Part shown: positions 46,493-56,128 of the stretch, one piece after another
How positions within the stretch are numbered: the stretch's first letter is position 1
Layout of the letters: every line of letters begins with the position of its first letter
Assembly (NCBI GenBank): GCA_004297725.1
Contig: SCUS01000102.1
Location: 147,901-211,900 of the forward strand
Direction of reading: 5' to 3'
Source: Myxococcaceae bacterium
GTDB taxonomy: Bacteria > Myxococcota_A > Polyangia > Polyangiales > Ga0077539
DNA length: 64,000 bases
Position numbers and translations under genes: made by a program
The notes under the pieces: generated by a model
What the model was told of the DNA's origin: nothing
Databases searched by the model: none
What the model saw: the letters and a program-made list of their open reading frames with translations, nothing else

Positions 46493-47971
46493 ATGCGCGC
46501 TCCCTCCCTCCGGACGCTCTCCCCCGTCGCCGCGACGCTCTCGATGGCGCTCCAGGCGACGTCGTCCATCGCCCAGGAGATGCCACCGCCGCCACCCGCA
46601 GCTCCCCCGGCGGACCTCCTCGCCCGCTCTCCCGAGCCCGGACTCGACGAAGGGCTGCGCCTCGCCGTGCACCTGCTGCGAACCCGCCAGACCGAGGACG
46701 CCGTCGCGGTGCTCGCTCGCATGGCCCAGGAGCGCGCGGTCGATGTGCGCGGCTACGATCCCGTCGCGGTGCTCTTCCGGCTGGCCAACGGCCGGGCTCG
46801 CCCAGGGACCCCCACCGGGGGATCGCTGCCCCCGTCGGCCCCTGCGACCGCGCCCCCTCCAGCACCCCCGCCTCCTCCGGGCGAGGAGCTACCTCCGCCG
46901 CCTCCCTCCGACGAGTCCGTCCGAGCGAGGGTGATCGACGGCGTCGTCGATCGACTCGCCCGCTGGGACGAGGCCGGGGCGAGGAGCTTCCTCTCCAGCG
47001 CGGTGGGCGATGCCCCCGTCGCTGGTCCCGACGCCGCGACCCTGCAGGCTCTCCGGCTGCTCACCCAGGGCGGCGCCAGCACCCTCCGGGCGCTCTCTGG
47101 CGGCTACGCGCCGACGCCCCGCTACGCGCCGGTGCAGCTCCTCCCCGACCGCCCCGCCGGGACCATCGAGGGCCTGGAGGTGCTCACGCTCTACTTCTCC
47201 ATGGCCAGCTACGGGCTCATCCTCGGCACCTGGGGCGGGCTCGCGGCGACCGATGACAGCCGCAACGCCCTGCGCGTCGCGCTCCCGCTGACGGGCATCA
47301 CCGCGGGCCTCGTCGGCGCGATCGCGCTCGACCGCTCCCGCTCCGTCCGCCGCGGCCGGGGCTACGCGGTCAACGCGGGGCTGCTCCTCGGCACCCTCGC
47401 GGGCACCGCCGCGGTGGTCTACGCCGACCCCGACGAGCCGGTCGACGGCTGGGGCTACGTGCTCGGCGCCACCACCCTCGGCATCGGCGCGGCGCTCGGC
47501 CTCGCCCACGTCGTCGATGCGCTCCCCGGGACGGTGAACTACGTCACCTCCGCGGGCCTCTGGGGCAGCATGGTGGGTCTCTCGCTGAGCCTCGCCGTCG
47601 ACGGCGATGGCACCCGCGGGCAGACCCTCGGCAGCGGCATGCTCATCGGCGAGGGCGTGGGCATCGTGCTCGCGATGCTCACCGCCGACGCGCTCAAGCC
47701 GACGCCCGCGCAGACCCGCTGGGCCGACGTGGGCGCCTGCCTCGGCGGCATGCTGGGCGCCTCGCTGGGCGCTGGAGCCGACTCGGTGCAGGGCGTCGGC
47801 GTCGGCATGGCGGTGGGCATCCTGGCCGGCGGCGCCCTCGCGTGGTTCGCCGCGACGCCCAGCGAGGCCGACCGCTCGCTCTACCTCCAGCGCAACGCCT
47901 CGACGGAGCTGCCGCTGCGCTTCGGGGTCTCACCGCTGCCGGGCGGCGGGCTGCTGCACGTCGGGATGTAG
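46493..47971 (+). CDS. Hypothetical Pro-rich / multi-pass membrane protein
   Basis: 492-aa ORF with an N-terminal signal-like segment, poly-Pro tracts (PPPPPAAPP, PPPAPPPPPGEELPPPPP) and a C-terminal half of Gly/Ala/Leu-rich hydrophobic helices. No family recognised. Confidence 0.6.
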   Translation: MRAPSLRTLSPVAATLSMALQATSSIAQEMPPPPPAAPPADLLARSPEPGLDEGLRLAVHLLRTRQTEDAVAVLARMAQERAVDVRGYDPVAVLFRLANGRARPGTPTGGSLPPSAPATAPPPAPPPPPGEELPPPPPSDESVRARVIDGVVDRLARWDEAGARSFLSSAVGDAPVAGPDAATLQALRLLTQGGASTLRALSGGYAPTPRYAPVQLLPDRPAGTIEGLEVLTLYFSMASYGLILGTWGGLAATDDSRNALRVALPLTGITAGLVGAIALDRSRSVRRGRGYAVNAGLLLGTLAGTAAVVYADPDEPVDGWGYVLGATTLGIGAALGLAHVVDALPGTVNYVTSAGLWGSMVGLSLSLAVDGDGTRGQTLGSGMLIGEGVGIVLAMLTADALKPTPAQTRWADVGACLGGMLGASLGAGADSVQGVGVGMAVGILAGGALAWFAATPSEADRSLYLQRNASTELPLRFGVSPLPGGGLLHVGM

Positions 47972-47977
47972 AGCGGT

Positions 47978-48850
47978 TCAGCCGCGAGAGGTGCGCTCGA
48001 GGAGGCGGGCGTAGACGTCCGCGCGTCGCAGCCCGAGCGCCCGGGCCACCTCGCGGGAGGCGTCCGCGGGCTTGAGCCCCGCGGCGAGGGCGGCGTCGAG
48101 GGCGGCGTCGAGGGAGGCCTGCGGGGAGAGCTCGTCGCCCGCGCCCTGGGCGATGGGAGGAGCGCCCTCGAGCACCAGCGTGACCTCGCCTCGAACGATC
48201 ACCGAGCCCGAGGCGAGGCCCTCGACCAGCTCTCCGAGGGAGCCTCGCACGATGGTCTCGTGGAGCTTGGTGAGCTCCCGGCAGAGCGCTACCCGGCGCT
48301 CGTCGCCGCACACCGCGCGAAGGGCGGCGAGGGTGTCGGCGGTGCGCTCGGGGGACTCGTAGACCACCGTCGGCAGCGGATCTCTCGCGGCCGCCATCAT
48401 CGCGGCGCGCCGCTCGCTGCCGTCGCGGGGCAGGAAGCCCACGAAGCGGAAGCCCCCTCCCGCGAGCCCCGACACCACCAGCGCGGCCAACGCGGCGCTC
48501 GGGCCCGGCAGCGCCTCGACGCGCACCCCTCGCTCCACCGCGGCCTTCACCAGCGCGGCCCCAGGGTCGCTGACCATGGGCGTGCCCGCGTCGCTCACCA
48601 GCGCGAAGGTCTGTCCCCCGGCGATGCGGTCGAGCATCTCGGCGCCTCGGGTGCGCACGACGTGGTCGTCGAGGCGCTCCATCGGGCGGTCGATGCCGTG
48701 GGCGCGCAGCAGCGCCCGGGTGTGCCGGGTGTCCTCGGCCAGCACCACGTCGCAGGCCTTCAGCGCCGCGAGCGCGCGGAGGGTGATGTCTTCGAGGTTG
48801 CCGATGGGCGTCGCGACGACGAGCAGCGCCCCGCCGCGCGGGTCAACCAC
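47978..48850 (-). CDS. rsmI: 16S rRNA (cytidine1402-2'-O)-methyltransferase
   Basis: 290 aa. [36 protein letters not shown] is the RsmI tetrapyrrole-methylase-fold N-terminus. LTKLHE is also present. Confidence 0.85.
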   Translation of the reverse strand: MVDPRGGALLVVATPIGNLEDITLRALAALKACDVVLAEDTRHTRALLRAHGIDRPMERLDDHVVRTRGAEMLDRIAGGQTFALVSDAGTPMVSDPGAALVKAAVERGVRVEALPGPSAALAALVVSGLAGGGFRFVGFLPRDGSERRAAMMAAARDPLPTVVYESPERTADTLAALRAVCGDERRVALCRELTKLHETIVRGSLGELVEGLASGSVIVRGEVTLVLEGAPPIAQGAGDELSPQASLDAALDAALAAGLKPADASREVARALGLRRADVYARLLERTSRG

Positions 48851-49970
48851 CGAGGTCCATCGCGTCGCCGAGGTTGGCCTTGAGGAAGACCCGGAGCTTG
48901 TCCTGCAGGCGCTTCTCGAGCTGCCGCACGCGCTCCCGGGAGATGCCGTAGCGGTCGCCGATCTCCTGGAGCGTCGCGGGCTCGTCGGACATCAGCCGGT
49001 CTCGGAAGATGGCCGCTTCCTTGTTGATCAGCGTGGCCCCGAAGGCCTCGAGCTGCTCCTTCACCATGTCGCCGATCTCGGCGCCCGCGAGCGTGTCGTC
49101 GACGCGGGCGAGGGGCGAGGGGAGCAGGTCGAGCCGCGAGGTGGGCTTGCCGTCGCTGTCTCCGATGGGCGCGTCGAGGGAGAGGTCCGCGCCGGACAGC
49201 CGACGGTCCATCTCGATCACCTCGTGCTCGGGCACGTCGAGCTGGCGGGAAAGCTCCGCGGAGGTGGGGTCGACGCCCAGGGAGATGAGCCGCTGCTTCT
49301 CCTTGTTGAGGTTGAAGAAGAGCTTCCGCTGCGTCTGCGTCGTGCCCAGCTTCACCAGGCGCCAGTTGTTGAGGATGAACCGGAGGATGTACGCGCGGAT
49401 CCACCAGGCGGCGTAGGACGAGAGCTTCACCCCGCGGTAGGGGTCGTAGCGCTTCACCGCCTGCATCAGCCCGATGTTGCCCTCCTGGATGAGGTCCATG
49501 AGGTTGCGGTACGCGCGGCGGTACTCGAAGGCGATCTTCACCACCAGCCGCAGGTTGGCCGTCACCATGCGCGCGGCGGCCTTCACGTCCTGGGTGGTCG
49601 CGTAGCGCACCGCCAGCTCGTGCTCCTCCTCGGGCGTCAGCAGCTTGTGCCGCTGCACCTCCGACAGGTACGCCGTGAACGCGTCGTAGCGCCGGAGCCC
49701 CGGCTCCTTCGGCACCGTCAGCCGTACGTCCGGCACCCCCGCGTCGTCGTCGCTCAGGTCGCCGGCGAGCTCGCCCACCACCGCGTCGTCGCCGTCGTCG
49801 TTGGTCTCCAGCTCGCCGTCCTCAGCGGCCCTCGCGGGCCTGGCCTCCTCCGCCTCGAGCTCCTCGTTGGGGCGCTGCTGCTTCGGTGCCCGGGTCGACG
49901 GAGACTTGCGCTTCGCCGTACGCGGCGTCGCGGCGGTGTTCTGGTCGCCCGTGCGGGTCTTCGTCGTCAC
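48843..49970 (-). CDS. rpoH: RpoH-like (sigma-32 family) RNA polymerase sigma factor with a charged N-terminal extension
   Basis: GTG 49970 with GAGGA 9 nt upstream. Region 2 ([39 protein letters not shown]). RpoH box in [14 protein letters not shown]. Region 4 ([20 protein letters not shown]). The rest of track ORF 48843-50510 upstream is not coding in this frame. Confidence 0.8.
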   Translation of the reverse strand: MTTKTRTGDQNTAATPRTAKRKSPSTRAPKQQRPNEELEAEEARPARAAEDGELETNDDGDDAVVGELAGDLSDDDAGVPDVRLTVPKEPGLRRYDAFTAYLSEVQRHKLLTPEEEHELAVRYATTQDVKAAARMVTANLRLVVKIAFEYRRAYRNLMDLIQEGNIGLMQAVKRYDPYRGVKLSSYAAWWIRAYILRFILNNWRLVKLGTTQTQRKLFFNLNKEKQRLISLGVDPTSAELSRQLDVPEHEVIEMDRRLSGADLSLDAPIGDSDGKPTSRLDLLPSPLARVDDTLAGAEIGDMVKEQLEAFGATLINKEAAIFRDRLMSDEPATLQEIGDRYGISRERVRQLEKRLQDKLRVFLKANLGDAMDLGG

Positions 49971-50092
49971 GTCTCGGCATCCTCGCGTTGGGGGGGCAGC
50001 GGACCTTACGGGGCTTCGGGAACAACGTCCACGCCGCCGAGAGGACGAGCGACAACCGCGGAGCGCGGACCGTATTCCGGGGCTCCGGGGCC

Positions 50093-50779
50093 TCAGGCGA
50101 CGAGGGTGAGGGGAGAGAGCAGCGCGATGGGCGTGTCGTCCTCGGCGGCGGCGAGCGCCACGCGGACCCGCGTCTCGTGGCCGTCGCGCTCGGTCCACAC
50201 GAAGGTCGGCTCGACGGTGTCGGCCCCGAGGCCGAGCTCGGGCATCCCCATCCGAGAGACGCCCACGTAGCTGCCCCGCGACAGGATCGCCTCCGCGCCC
50301 CGCGCGTCGAGCAGCCCGCCGCGCGCGAGCGACTCGATGAAGGGCAGCCGGTTGATGACCCGCATCGGATCGCCGAGCCCGCCCATGGACACCACCCGCC
50401 CCGCGCGGCCCGAGAGCAGCGAGGAGGCCCTCCACGCGGCGCCGATCCAGAGCCTCGGGGAGCGCCCTCCGTCGACGTCGGCCCGCACCACCCACGCCTC
50501 GGAGAACCACTGCGCCACGCGCCCCGACTGGCCTCGCGCGAAGGCCGCCACCAGGTGCTCTCGCGCCCGCTGCGGCATCACCAGGTAGGCGTCGTCCTGG
50601 GAGATCTCCGGGGTCGAGGCGAGCGCGAGCCGCTGCCCCGCGGCGAGCTCGCTCAGGTCGTCGCGCGCCGCGAAGGTGACCACCAGCGGCGTCTCTCCGA
50701 AGGGGTACGCCTCCGCGTCGTCTCGCTGTGAGGAAGAGCCGTCATCACCGTCACCCGATCGCACCAGTCGTATCGCCAT
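50093..50779 (-). CDS. Hypothetical protein
   Basis: Track ORF 50093-50872. ATG 50779 (MAIRLV...) is preferred, with ATG 50872 possible. No family recognised. Confidence 0.5.
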   Translation of the reverse strand: MAIRLVRSGDGDDGSSSQRDDAEAYPFGETPLVVTFAARDDLSELAAGQRLALASTPEISQDDAYLVMPQRAREHLVAAFARGQSGRVAQWFSEAWVVRADVDGGRSPRLWIGAAWRASSLLSGRAGRVVSMGGLGDPMRVINRLPFIESLARGGLLDARGAEAILSRGSYVGVSRMGMPELGLGADTVEPTFVWTERDGHETRVRVALAAAEDDTPIALLSPLTLVA

Positions 50780-50924
50780 GCGGGGCGCACCATAGACCTC
50801 GCCGACCCTGGGGCAAGATTCACGCGGCGCCGCACCGGGCTGTTCGTGTCGCCCCGTCTCAGGTGTGGCCAATCGCGACCACCGCCCTCGCTCGCCCTCC
50901 TTCGCATCCCCGCAATTCCTGCGC

Positions 50925-50940
50925 TGGAACGTCGGCTGCA
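50925..50940 (+). promoter_or_regulatory. Candidate sigma-54 promoter (TGGAAC-N5-CTGCA)
   Basis: The GG-N10-GC spacing matches the -24/-12 consensus TGGCAC-N5-TTGCW. It ends 42 nt upstream of the CHRD gene ATG 50983. Confidence 0.3.
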
Positions 50941-50982
50941 GTGTTCCCAGGACAGCACCGCGTCACGCGAACGAGGCCACGC

Positions 50983-52230
50983 ATGAAGTTTCATTTCCCA
51001 CTCCTGTTGAGCATCGCCTGGGCCTCCCTCGGAGTCGCTGCCTGCGCCCGCGAGGTGTCAGCGCCCTCCGAGACCAAGGGTGTCCCTGCCGCGGCCGACG
51101 ATGCTCCGGGCGATCCGCCGATGCGCGAGGCCGAGATCGGGACGCCCCCGGAGCCCGCGGAGCTGCTCGAGCTCGGCGCCACGATGACGGGGCGCGAGCA
51201 GGTTCCGGCCCTCTACGGGAGCGGCTCTACGGGCACCGCGACCTTCTCCCTCGACGCCCTCCGCTCGACCCTCGAGTACACGGTGACGCACACGGTGGCG
51301 GCCCCGACCAGCGCGCACCTCCACCTGGGCATCGCGGGCGAGCGCGGCGAGATGCTGCTGCCGCTCACGATGGCGCCGGGTGTGCTCTCGGGCACGCTGA
51401 GGCTCACGCCTGAGCAGGCGCGCCACATCGCGCAGGGCAGGGTCTACGTGGACATCCACTCGGCCGATCACCCCGACGGAGAGATCCGTGGGCAGGTGGT
51501 GCTGCCCGGAGAGATCGTCTACGTGGCGCGCCTCACGGCCGACCAGGTGAGCGACTCGACGGCGTCTGGCGGCGAGGGCATCGGGGCCTTCCTGGTCGAC
51601 GGCACCACCAACCGGATGCGCTTCCAGCTGGATGCGCGGGGGATGGTCGGGGCGCCGACGGGGGTCTTCATCGGGATGGGTCCTGCGGGCGTCGAAGGCC
51701 CCATGGTCGTCGACCTCACCGACCCCAAGACGCCGGCCGCGGTGAGCCTCTCCGGGGCGCGCACCATCGAGTCCTCCGAGCCGCTCGACCTCGGCCGATG
51801 GTACGTCGCGTTCCAGAGCCGGAGCTTCCCGACGGGCGAGCTGCGAGGCCAGATCCTCCGCCCCGGACAGGAGCTGTACCTCGCCCGCATGAGGGCTCAG
51901 GAGTCGGTGCCGCCGGTGAGCAGCCAGGCCAGCGGGAGCGTCGCCGTCATCGTGGACAGCGACCGCAGCCGGATCATCTATGACGTCGCGCTCTCCAACA
52001 TGACGGCCACCGAGGCCTTCCTGGGCGAAGGCCCGATCGGGGTCCGCGGGGCGGTGTCGGTGCCCTTCCAGGTGCTGGGCAGCTCGTTCCGCTCGATGCG
52101 GATGCTCACCCAGGACTCGACGCTGCTGAGCTCGCTCTCCGCCGGAAACGTCTACGCCAGCGCGGCCTCGGAGAGCTTCCCGGAGGGCGAGATCCGCGGG
52201 CAGATGCGGAGGGTGGGGCTGCCGCGCTGA
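50983..52230 (+). CDS. Triple CHRD-domain lipoprotein
   Basis: ATG 50983 with lipobox SLGVAAC. Three repeats of the CHRD pattern (...GTATFSLD...LEYTVTH...AHLHLG..GE.G...; EIRGQVV/EIRGQM at each domain end). Confidence 0.75.
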   Translation: MKFHFPLLLSIAWASLGVAACAREVSAPSETKGVPAAADDAPGDPPMREAEIGTPPEPAELLELGATMTGREQVPALYGSGSTGTATFSLDALRSTLEYTVTHTVAAPTSAHLHLGIAGERGEMLLPLTMAPGVLSGTLRLTPEQARHIAQGRVYVDIHSADHPDGEIRGQVVLPGEIVYVARLTADQVSDSTASGGEGIGAFLVDGTTNRMRFQLDARGMVGAPTGVFIGMGPAGVEGPMVVDLTDPKTPAAVSLSGARTIESSEPLDLGRWYVAFQSRSFPTGELRGQILRPGQELYLARMRAQESVPPVSSQASGSVAVIVDSDRSRIIYDVALSNMTATEAFLGEGPIGVRGAVSVPFQVLGSSFRSMRMLTQDSTLLSSLSAGNVYASAASESFPEGEIRGQMRRVGLPR

Positions 52231-52243
52231 GCCGGCGCGGGCT

Positions 52244-52597
52244 TCAGCCTCCGCCGAGCGCTCGTCGGGGGCGGTCGATGGCGGGCCACCGCAGCGCGGC
52301 CTCGACCTGCGGCGGAGGGACGATCACCTCGCCGTCGTCGAAGAGCTTGAAGACCAGCAGCGCGTGCAGGAGCGACAGGTGCCGGGGGTCGAGCGCCTCG
52401 GGGTGGGCGAGCGCGTAGGCCTCGTCGAAGTCGTAGCCCGCGTCGATGCGCGTGGGGGTGATGAGCACCCACTGGGTGAGGTGCTCGTCGACGCGCGTCG
52501 CGGCGCCGGGCGGAGGCTCTGCCGGCGCGGACGAGCGCTCGAGCGTCGGGGGGACGTGCAGCTCGGGGTCGAGCACGAAGCGCACGCGGTGCCCCAT
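52244..52597 (-). CDS. Hypothetical small protein (117 aa)
   Basis: The ORF sits 4 nt downstream of the MFS transporter gene on the same strand. No family recognised. Confidence 0.5.
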   Translation of the reverse strand: MGHRVRFVLDPELHVPPTLERSSAPAEPPPGAATRVDEHLTQWVLITPTRIDAGYDFDEAYALAHPEALDPRHLSLLHALLVFKLFDDGEVIVPPPQVEAALRWPAIDRPRRALGGG

Positions 52598-52601
52598 CGG
52601 A

Positions 52602-53864
52602 TCAGCGGGCGAGCGAGGCGACCGCGGGCTGGGAGCTGCGCGGCGCGGGCGAGGTGGCGGACGCCGCGGGGGCGCGGAAGGCCAGCCAGGCGAAGGCCCC
52701 GAGGAGCGCGAACGCGAGGGCGGCCACCCAGGCGGTGCCCGAGAAGGTGGCGTGCAGCGAGGAGGCCTCGACCGCGCGGCCGAAGAGCGGCGAGGTCGCG
52801 GCGAAGAGCAGGCGGCGGCCCATGCCCTCGACGGAGAGCAGCGTGGCGCGGTCGCGCGGGCCCTCGATCAGGCGGTTCATCAGCGCGCGCATCAGCGGAG
52901 AGAAGACGCCGAAGGCGCTCGCGAGCAGCACCATGAGGACGATGCAGAGGGTGCCGTGCGCCTCGCCCATGAGCAGGTACGCGGCGGTGAGGCCCACGCC
53001 CAGGGTCACGGCGATGGTGCGGGAGCGGACGCGCGCGAAGAGCGACCCCACGCTGCCGGCGACGAGGGCGGTGCCCACCTCCTTGGCGGCGGCGAGCAGG
53101 CCCATGGTGAGCACGGTGTGCTGCAGCCAGGTGCCGTGGAGGTGCGCCTCGAGGTGCGGCTGGTCGGCGAAGAGCGAGAGGCGCAGCAGCACGAAGGCGA
53201 TGGCGCCGAAGGCCACCACGCTGGCGAGCCGGCCGTTGGTGCGCAGCGTGTGGAAGGCGCGGCGCAGGTGGTCCGCCACGTGGCCCTCGTGGGCCGTGGC
53301 GCGCTCGGGGAGCGAGAGCGCGATGACCCCCGCGACGGCGGTGGTGAAGGCCGTGAGCACGAAGACCGCGGTGGGGTGGACGTACTGGTAGACCAGCGCC
53401 CCGACGAGGACGGCCACGAGGTTGCCCACGCCCTTGGCGGCGGTCGACCAGCCCTCCCAGCGGGGGTAGAGCGAGACCTGCCGCTGCGCCGCGAGGTGGT
53501 CGTAGAGGTAGGCCGAGTCGGCGCCCGAGGAGAGGGACATCGCGAGCGCGCAGAGCACGTTGGCCGCGGCGAAGGTGCTGAAGGAGTGGCCGAAGATGAA
53601 GAGCAGGCAGGCGAGGGACATCACGAAGCCGCCCGCGCTCATGGCGACCCGGCGGCCGTAACGGTCGGCGCCCATCCCGGTGGGCACCTCGAAGGCGACC
53701 GCGGCGACGCAGAACACCACGTTGAGGTCGAAGACGTCGGCCACGGAGAGGCCGCGGCGCTGGAGGTAGTAGACTTGAAACGGCGCGAAGGCCCAGGTGA
53801 GCGCGAGCGTGCGGTACGCGAGATACGCGAGGAGCGGGCGACGCTGGAGCCAGGACCACAACAC
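52602..53864 (-). CDS. MFS transporter
   Basis: 420 aa with about 12 hydrophobic helices. MFS loop 2-3 motif GMGADRYGRRV. Confidence 0.8.
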   Translation of the reverse strand: MLWSWLQRRPLLAYLAYRTLALTWAFAPFQVYYLQRRGLSVADVFDLNVVFCVAAVAFEVPTGMGADRYGRRVAMSAGGFVMSLACLLFIFGHSFSTFAAANVLCALAMSLSSGADSAYLYDHLAAQRQVSLYPRWEGWSTAAKGVGNLVAVLVGALVYQYVHPTAVFVLTAFTTAVAGVIALSLPERATAHEGHVADHLRRAFHTLRTNGRLASVVAFGAIAFVLLRLSLFADQPHLEAHLHGTWLQHTVLTMGLLAAAKEVGTALVAGSVGSLFARVRSRTIAVTLGVGLTAAYLLMGEAHGTLCIVLMVLLASAFGVFSPLMRALMNRLIEGPRDRATLLSVEGMGRRLLFAATSPLFGRAVEASSLHATFSGTAWVAALAFALLGAFAWLAFRAPAASATSPAPRSSQPAVASLAR

Positions 53865-54000
53865 GGAGGGGGGCCGATCCTACGCGCGGTGGAGAGGGAA
53901 TCCAGTTTGGAGCTCTCGACGACGCGCGAAGCCCGCACCGTAGCAGGATTGAGCGCACCCGAGAACGTGGTCGGGTGTGGGCGCGGTGGCCCCCCGGGGA

Positions 54001-54438
54001 TCAGGCCTTGAAGGCGCGGTCGTAGAGCACGACGGTGGCGGCCATCGCGACGTTGAGGGGGTAGGCGCCCGGCAGGATGACGGTGTCGTGCTTGCGGAGG
54101 ATGGCGTCGGGGAGGGTGCCGTCCTCGGGGCCGAGGAGGTACACGGCCCTCGCGGGGTGCTTGTAGGCGCGGATGTCGAAGGCCCCGGGGGTGAGCTCGA
54201 CGCAGACGAGCCGCGCGTTCACCGGGATCGCCCCGACGAAGGCGTCGAGGGTGGTGAAGTGGAAGAGGGGCATCGAGAGCTCGGCCTGGATCGAGCTCTG
54301 CTCCTGCGGGTTGCGGGTGCCCACGCTGAACACGAAGTCCGCGCCGAACACCCTCGCGGTGCGGATGAGCGCCCCGAAGTTGTGGGTGCGCTTGACGTTG
54401 TAGATGCCGATGCCGACGAAGCCGTTGTCGGGGATCAA
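54001..54438 (-). CDS. SpoU/TrmH-family RNA 2'-O-methyltransferase (TrmL-sized)
   Basis: TTG 54438 overlaps the gspN stop (cTTGA). NFGALIRTARVFGADFV, and the C-terminal knot motifs LLGPEDGTLP and PLNVAMAATVVLYD. Confidence 0.75.
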   Translation of the reverse strand: MIPDNGFVGIGIYNVKRTHNFGALIRTARVFGADFVFSVGTRNPQEQSSIQAELSMPLFHFTTLDAFVGAIPVNARLVCVELTPGAFDIRAYKHPARAVYLLGPEDGTLPDAILRKHDTVILPGAYPLNVAMAATVVLYDRAFKA

Positions 54439-55496
54439 GGAGAGAAGCCCGGCGGCATCGCGGCGCCGGGCGTCGGCGCGGAGGCGCTCGCGTCGGGGGG
54501 GCAGTTGATCGAGCGCTCGAAGGTGCCGCTGCAGCGGAAGGCGAAGAGCCCGTCCGGCCGGCGGGCGCGGCGGAGGTCGGGGGCCATGTCCATGACGGAC
54601 ATGATGCGCCCGGCCTGCTCGCTCTTGGCGCGGTAGACGTCCGTGAGGCGGAAGCGCAGCCCGAGGTTGAGCGCGCTGTCCGCGAAGTTGGGCCGGAGGT
54701 TGATGCGGCCGTCGATCTGGAGGTCGAACTCCTCGGAGTGCGCGCCCACCCGGGTGAACTGCACCACGCCGCGGCGGATGTCCGCGTTGGCCTCGAGCCG
54801 GCCGGCGCGAATCTGCTCGATGGTCACGCCGCCGAAGTGAGGGATCTGGAACTGCGCGCGGCCGTCGCCCACGGTGAGCCGGTCGGTGGTGAGCCGCATG
54901 GTCCCCTCGGTCTGCGCGACGTCCCCTTCGGGGATGTTGACCGTGATGGTTCCGGAGAGGTTGCCCCCGAGGGGGAGGCCGACCATGGAGACCAGCGGGG
55001 CGACCTGGCCGAGGCGCACGTTGTCGAGCGTCACCTCGAAGGCGCGCAGCGGGGAGATGCGAGGCGTCGCCGGGGTGCCGAGGGCGATGGAGGCGCTGCC
55101 CTCGACCGAGCCGCCCATGCCCAGCATCGAGAAGGAGAGGCTGGCGCGCTGGGCGAGCAGGGCGAAGAGCGAGATGTGCAGCCGCAGCTTGTCGATGCTC
55201 ATCGACACCGGCCGCTCGGTCGAGCGCTGCGGGAGCAGGGTCACGCGGACGTCGCGGGCCTCGACGCCCGGGAAGAAGGTCGGCGAGAGCGAGCCGATGG
55301 CGAGCTCCATGTTGGACGGCGTGGCCCGCCCGGAGGGCGACATCCGCGGGGCCTCGGCGGCGGCCACGATGGCCTCGCGCAGCCGGTCCCACGGGAAGGT
55401 CGCGTAGAGGAACACCAGGAAGAAGAAGAGGAAGAACAGCGGGTACCCGATCACCCGCAGCACGATCGGCCGCAAGGCCAGCAGTCGCTCCTTCAT
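54435..55496 (-). CDS. gspN: Type II secretion system protein GspN
   Basis: 353 aa with an N-terminal TM helix (IGYPLFFLFFFLVFLYATFPW). It is the last T2SS gene after gspM and overlaps gspM by 4 nt. The call rests on position and architecture, as in myxobacterial and Leptospira-type GspN. Confidence 0.65.
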   Translation of the reverse strand: MKERLLALRPIVLRVIGYPLFFLFFFLVFLYATFPWDRLREAIVAAAEAPRMSPSGRATPSNMELAIGSLSPTFFPGVEARDVRVTLLPQRSTERPVSMSIDKLRLHISLFALLAQRASLSFSMLGMGGSVEGSASIALGTPATPRISPLRAFEVTLDNVRLGQVAPLVSMVGLPLGGNLSGTITVNIPEGDVAQTEGTMRLTTDRLTVGDGRAQFQIPHFGGVTIEQIRAGRLEANADIRRGVVQFTRVGAHSEEFDLQIDGRINLRPNFADSALNLGLRFRLTDVYRAKSEQAGRIMSVMDMAPDLRRARRPDGLFAFRCSGTFERSINCPPDASASAPTPGAAMPPGFSP

Positions 55497-56128
55497 CGCG
55501 CCTCCTCCCGGCGACGGTCGGCGGCGGCGGCCCCGGTGCCTCCCTGGGCTCCGCCCGCGGCGTCGGTGCGGTTGCCCTCAGGCACCCGGTCCCAGGTGGT
55601 GATCACCAGGTCGTCGATGTCGTACTTGTTGGCCTCGCCGAAGCGCCGCCGGATGCGCACCGACGAGATCGCCACCGGAAAGGCCGCGGAGTCGATGCGC
55701 TCGAAGAAGTCCGCGAGCGCCTCGAGGCTCACCTGCCGCAGCCTGATCGACACGCTCCGCTGGGTGAAGCGCGGTCCCGCCGGGGTGGCGGGGCGGTCCT
55801 GCGCCTCGGCGACCTGCACGTTGGCCGCGTGGGCCTGCTCCTCGACGTAGCTGGTGAGCGCCGGCGCCCGGGTGCGGTAGCGCGCCAGCATCGCCTCGCG
55901 CCGCTGGTTGCGCGCCGCGATGCGCGGCCGCGATCGCTGGATGAAGCGCAGCGCCTCGACCATGTCCGCGCGCTCGCTGTCGATCGCGTCGAGGCGACGC
56001 TTGGACCACATCCAGAACCCCAGGAAGCCCAGCAGCATGAACACCGCCGCGAGCGCGAGGAGCAGACGCTTCTCCCGCGGCGAGAGCCCCGCGAAGGCAC
56101 CCCGTACCGTACTAAGCGCCGCCGCCAC
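55493..56128 (-). CDS. gspM: Type II secretion system protein GspM
   Basis: 211 aa. N-terminal SPREKRLLLALAAVFMLLGFLGFWMW is a single TM helix, followed by a periplasmic domain. It sits between gspL and gspN. Confidence 0.7.
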   Translation of the reverse strand: MAAALSTVRGAFAGLSPREKRLLLALAAVFMLLGFLGFWMWSKRRLDAIDSERADMVEALRFIQRSRPRIAARNQRREAMLARYRTRAPALTSYVEEQAHAANVQVAEAQDRPATPAGPRFTQRSVSIRLRQVSLEALADFFERIDSAAFPVAISSVRIRRRFGEANKYDIDDLVITTWDRVPEGNRTDAAGGAQGGTGAAAADRRREEAR

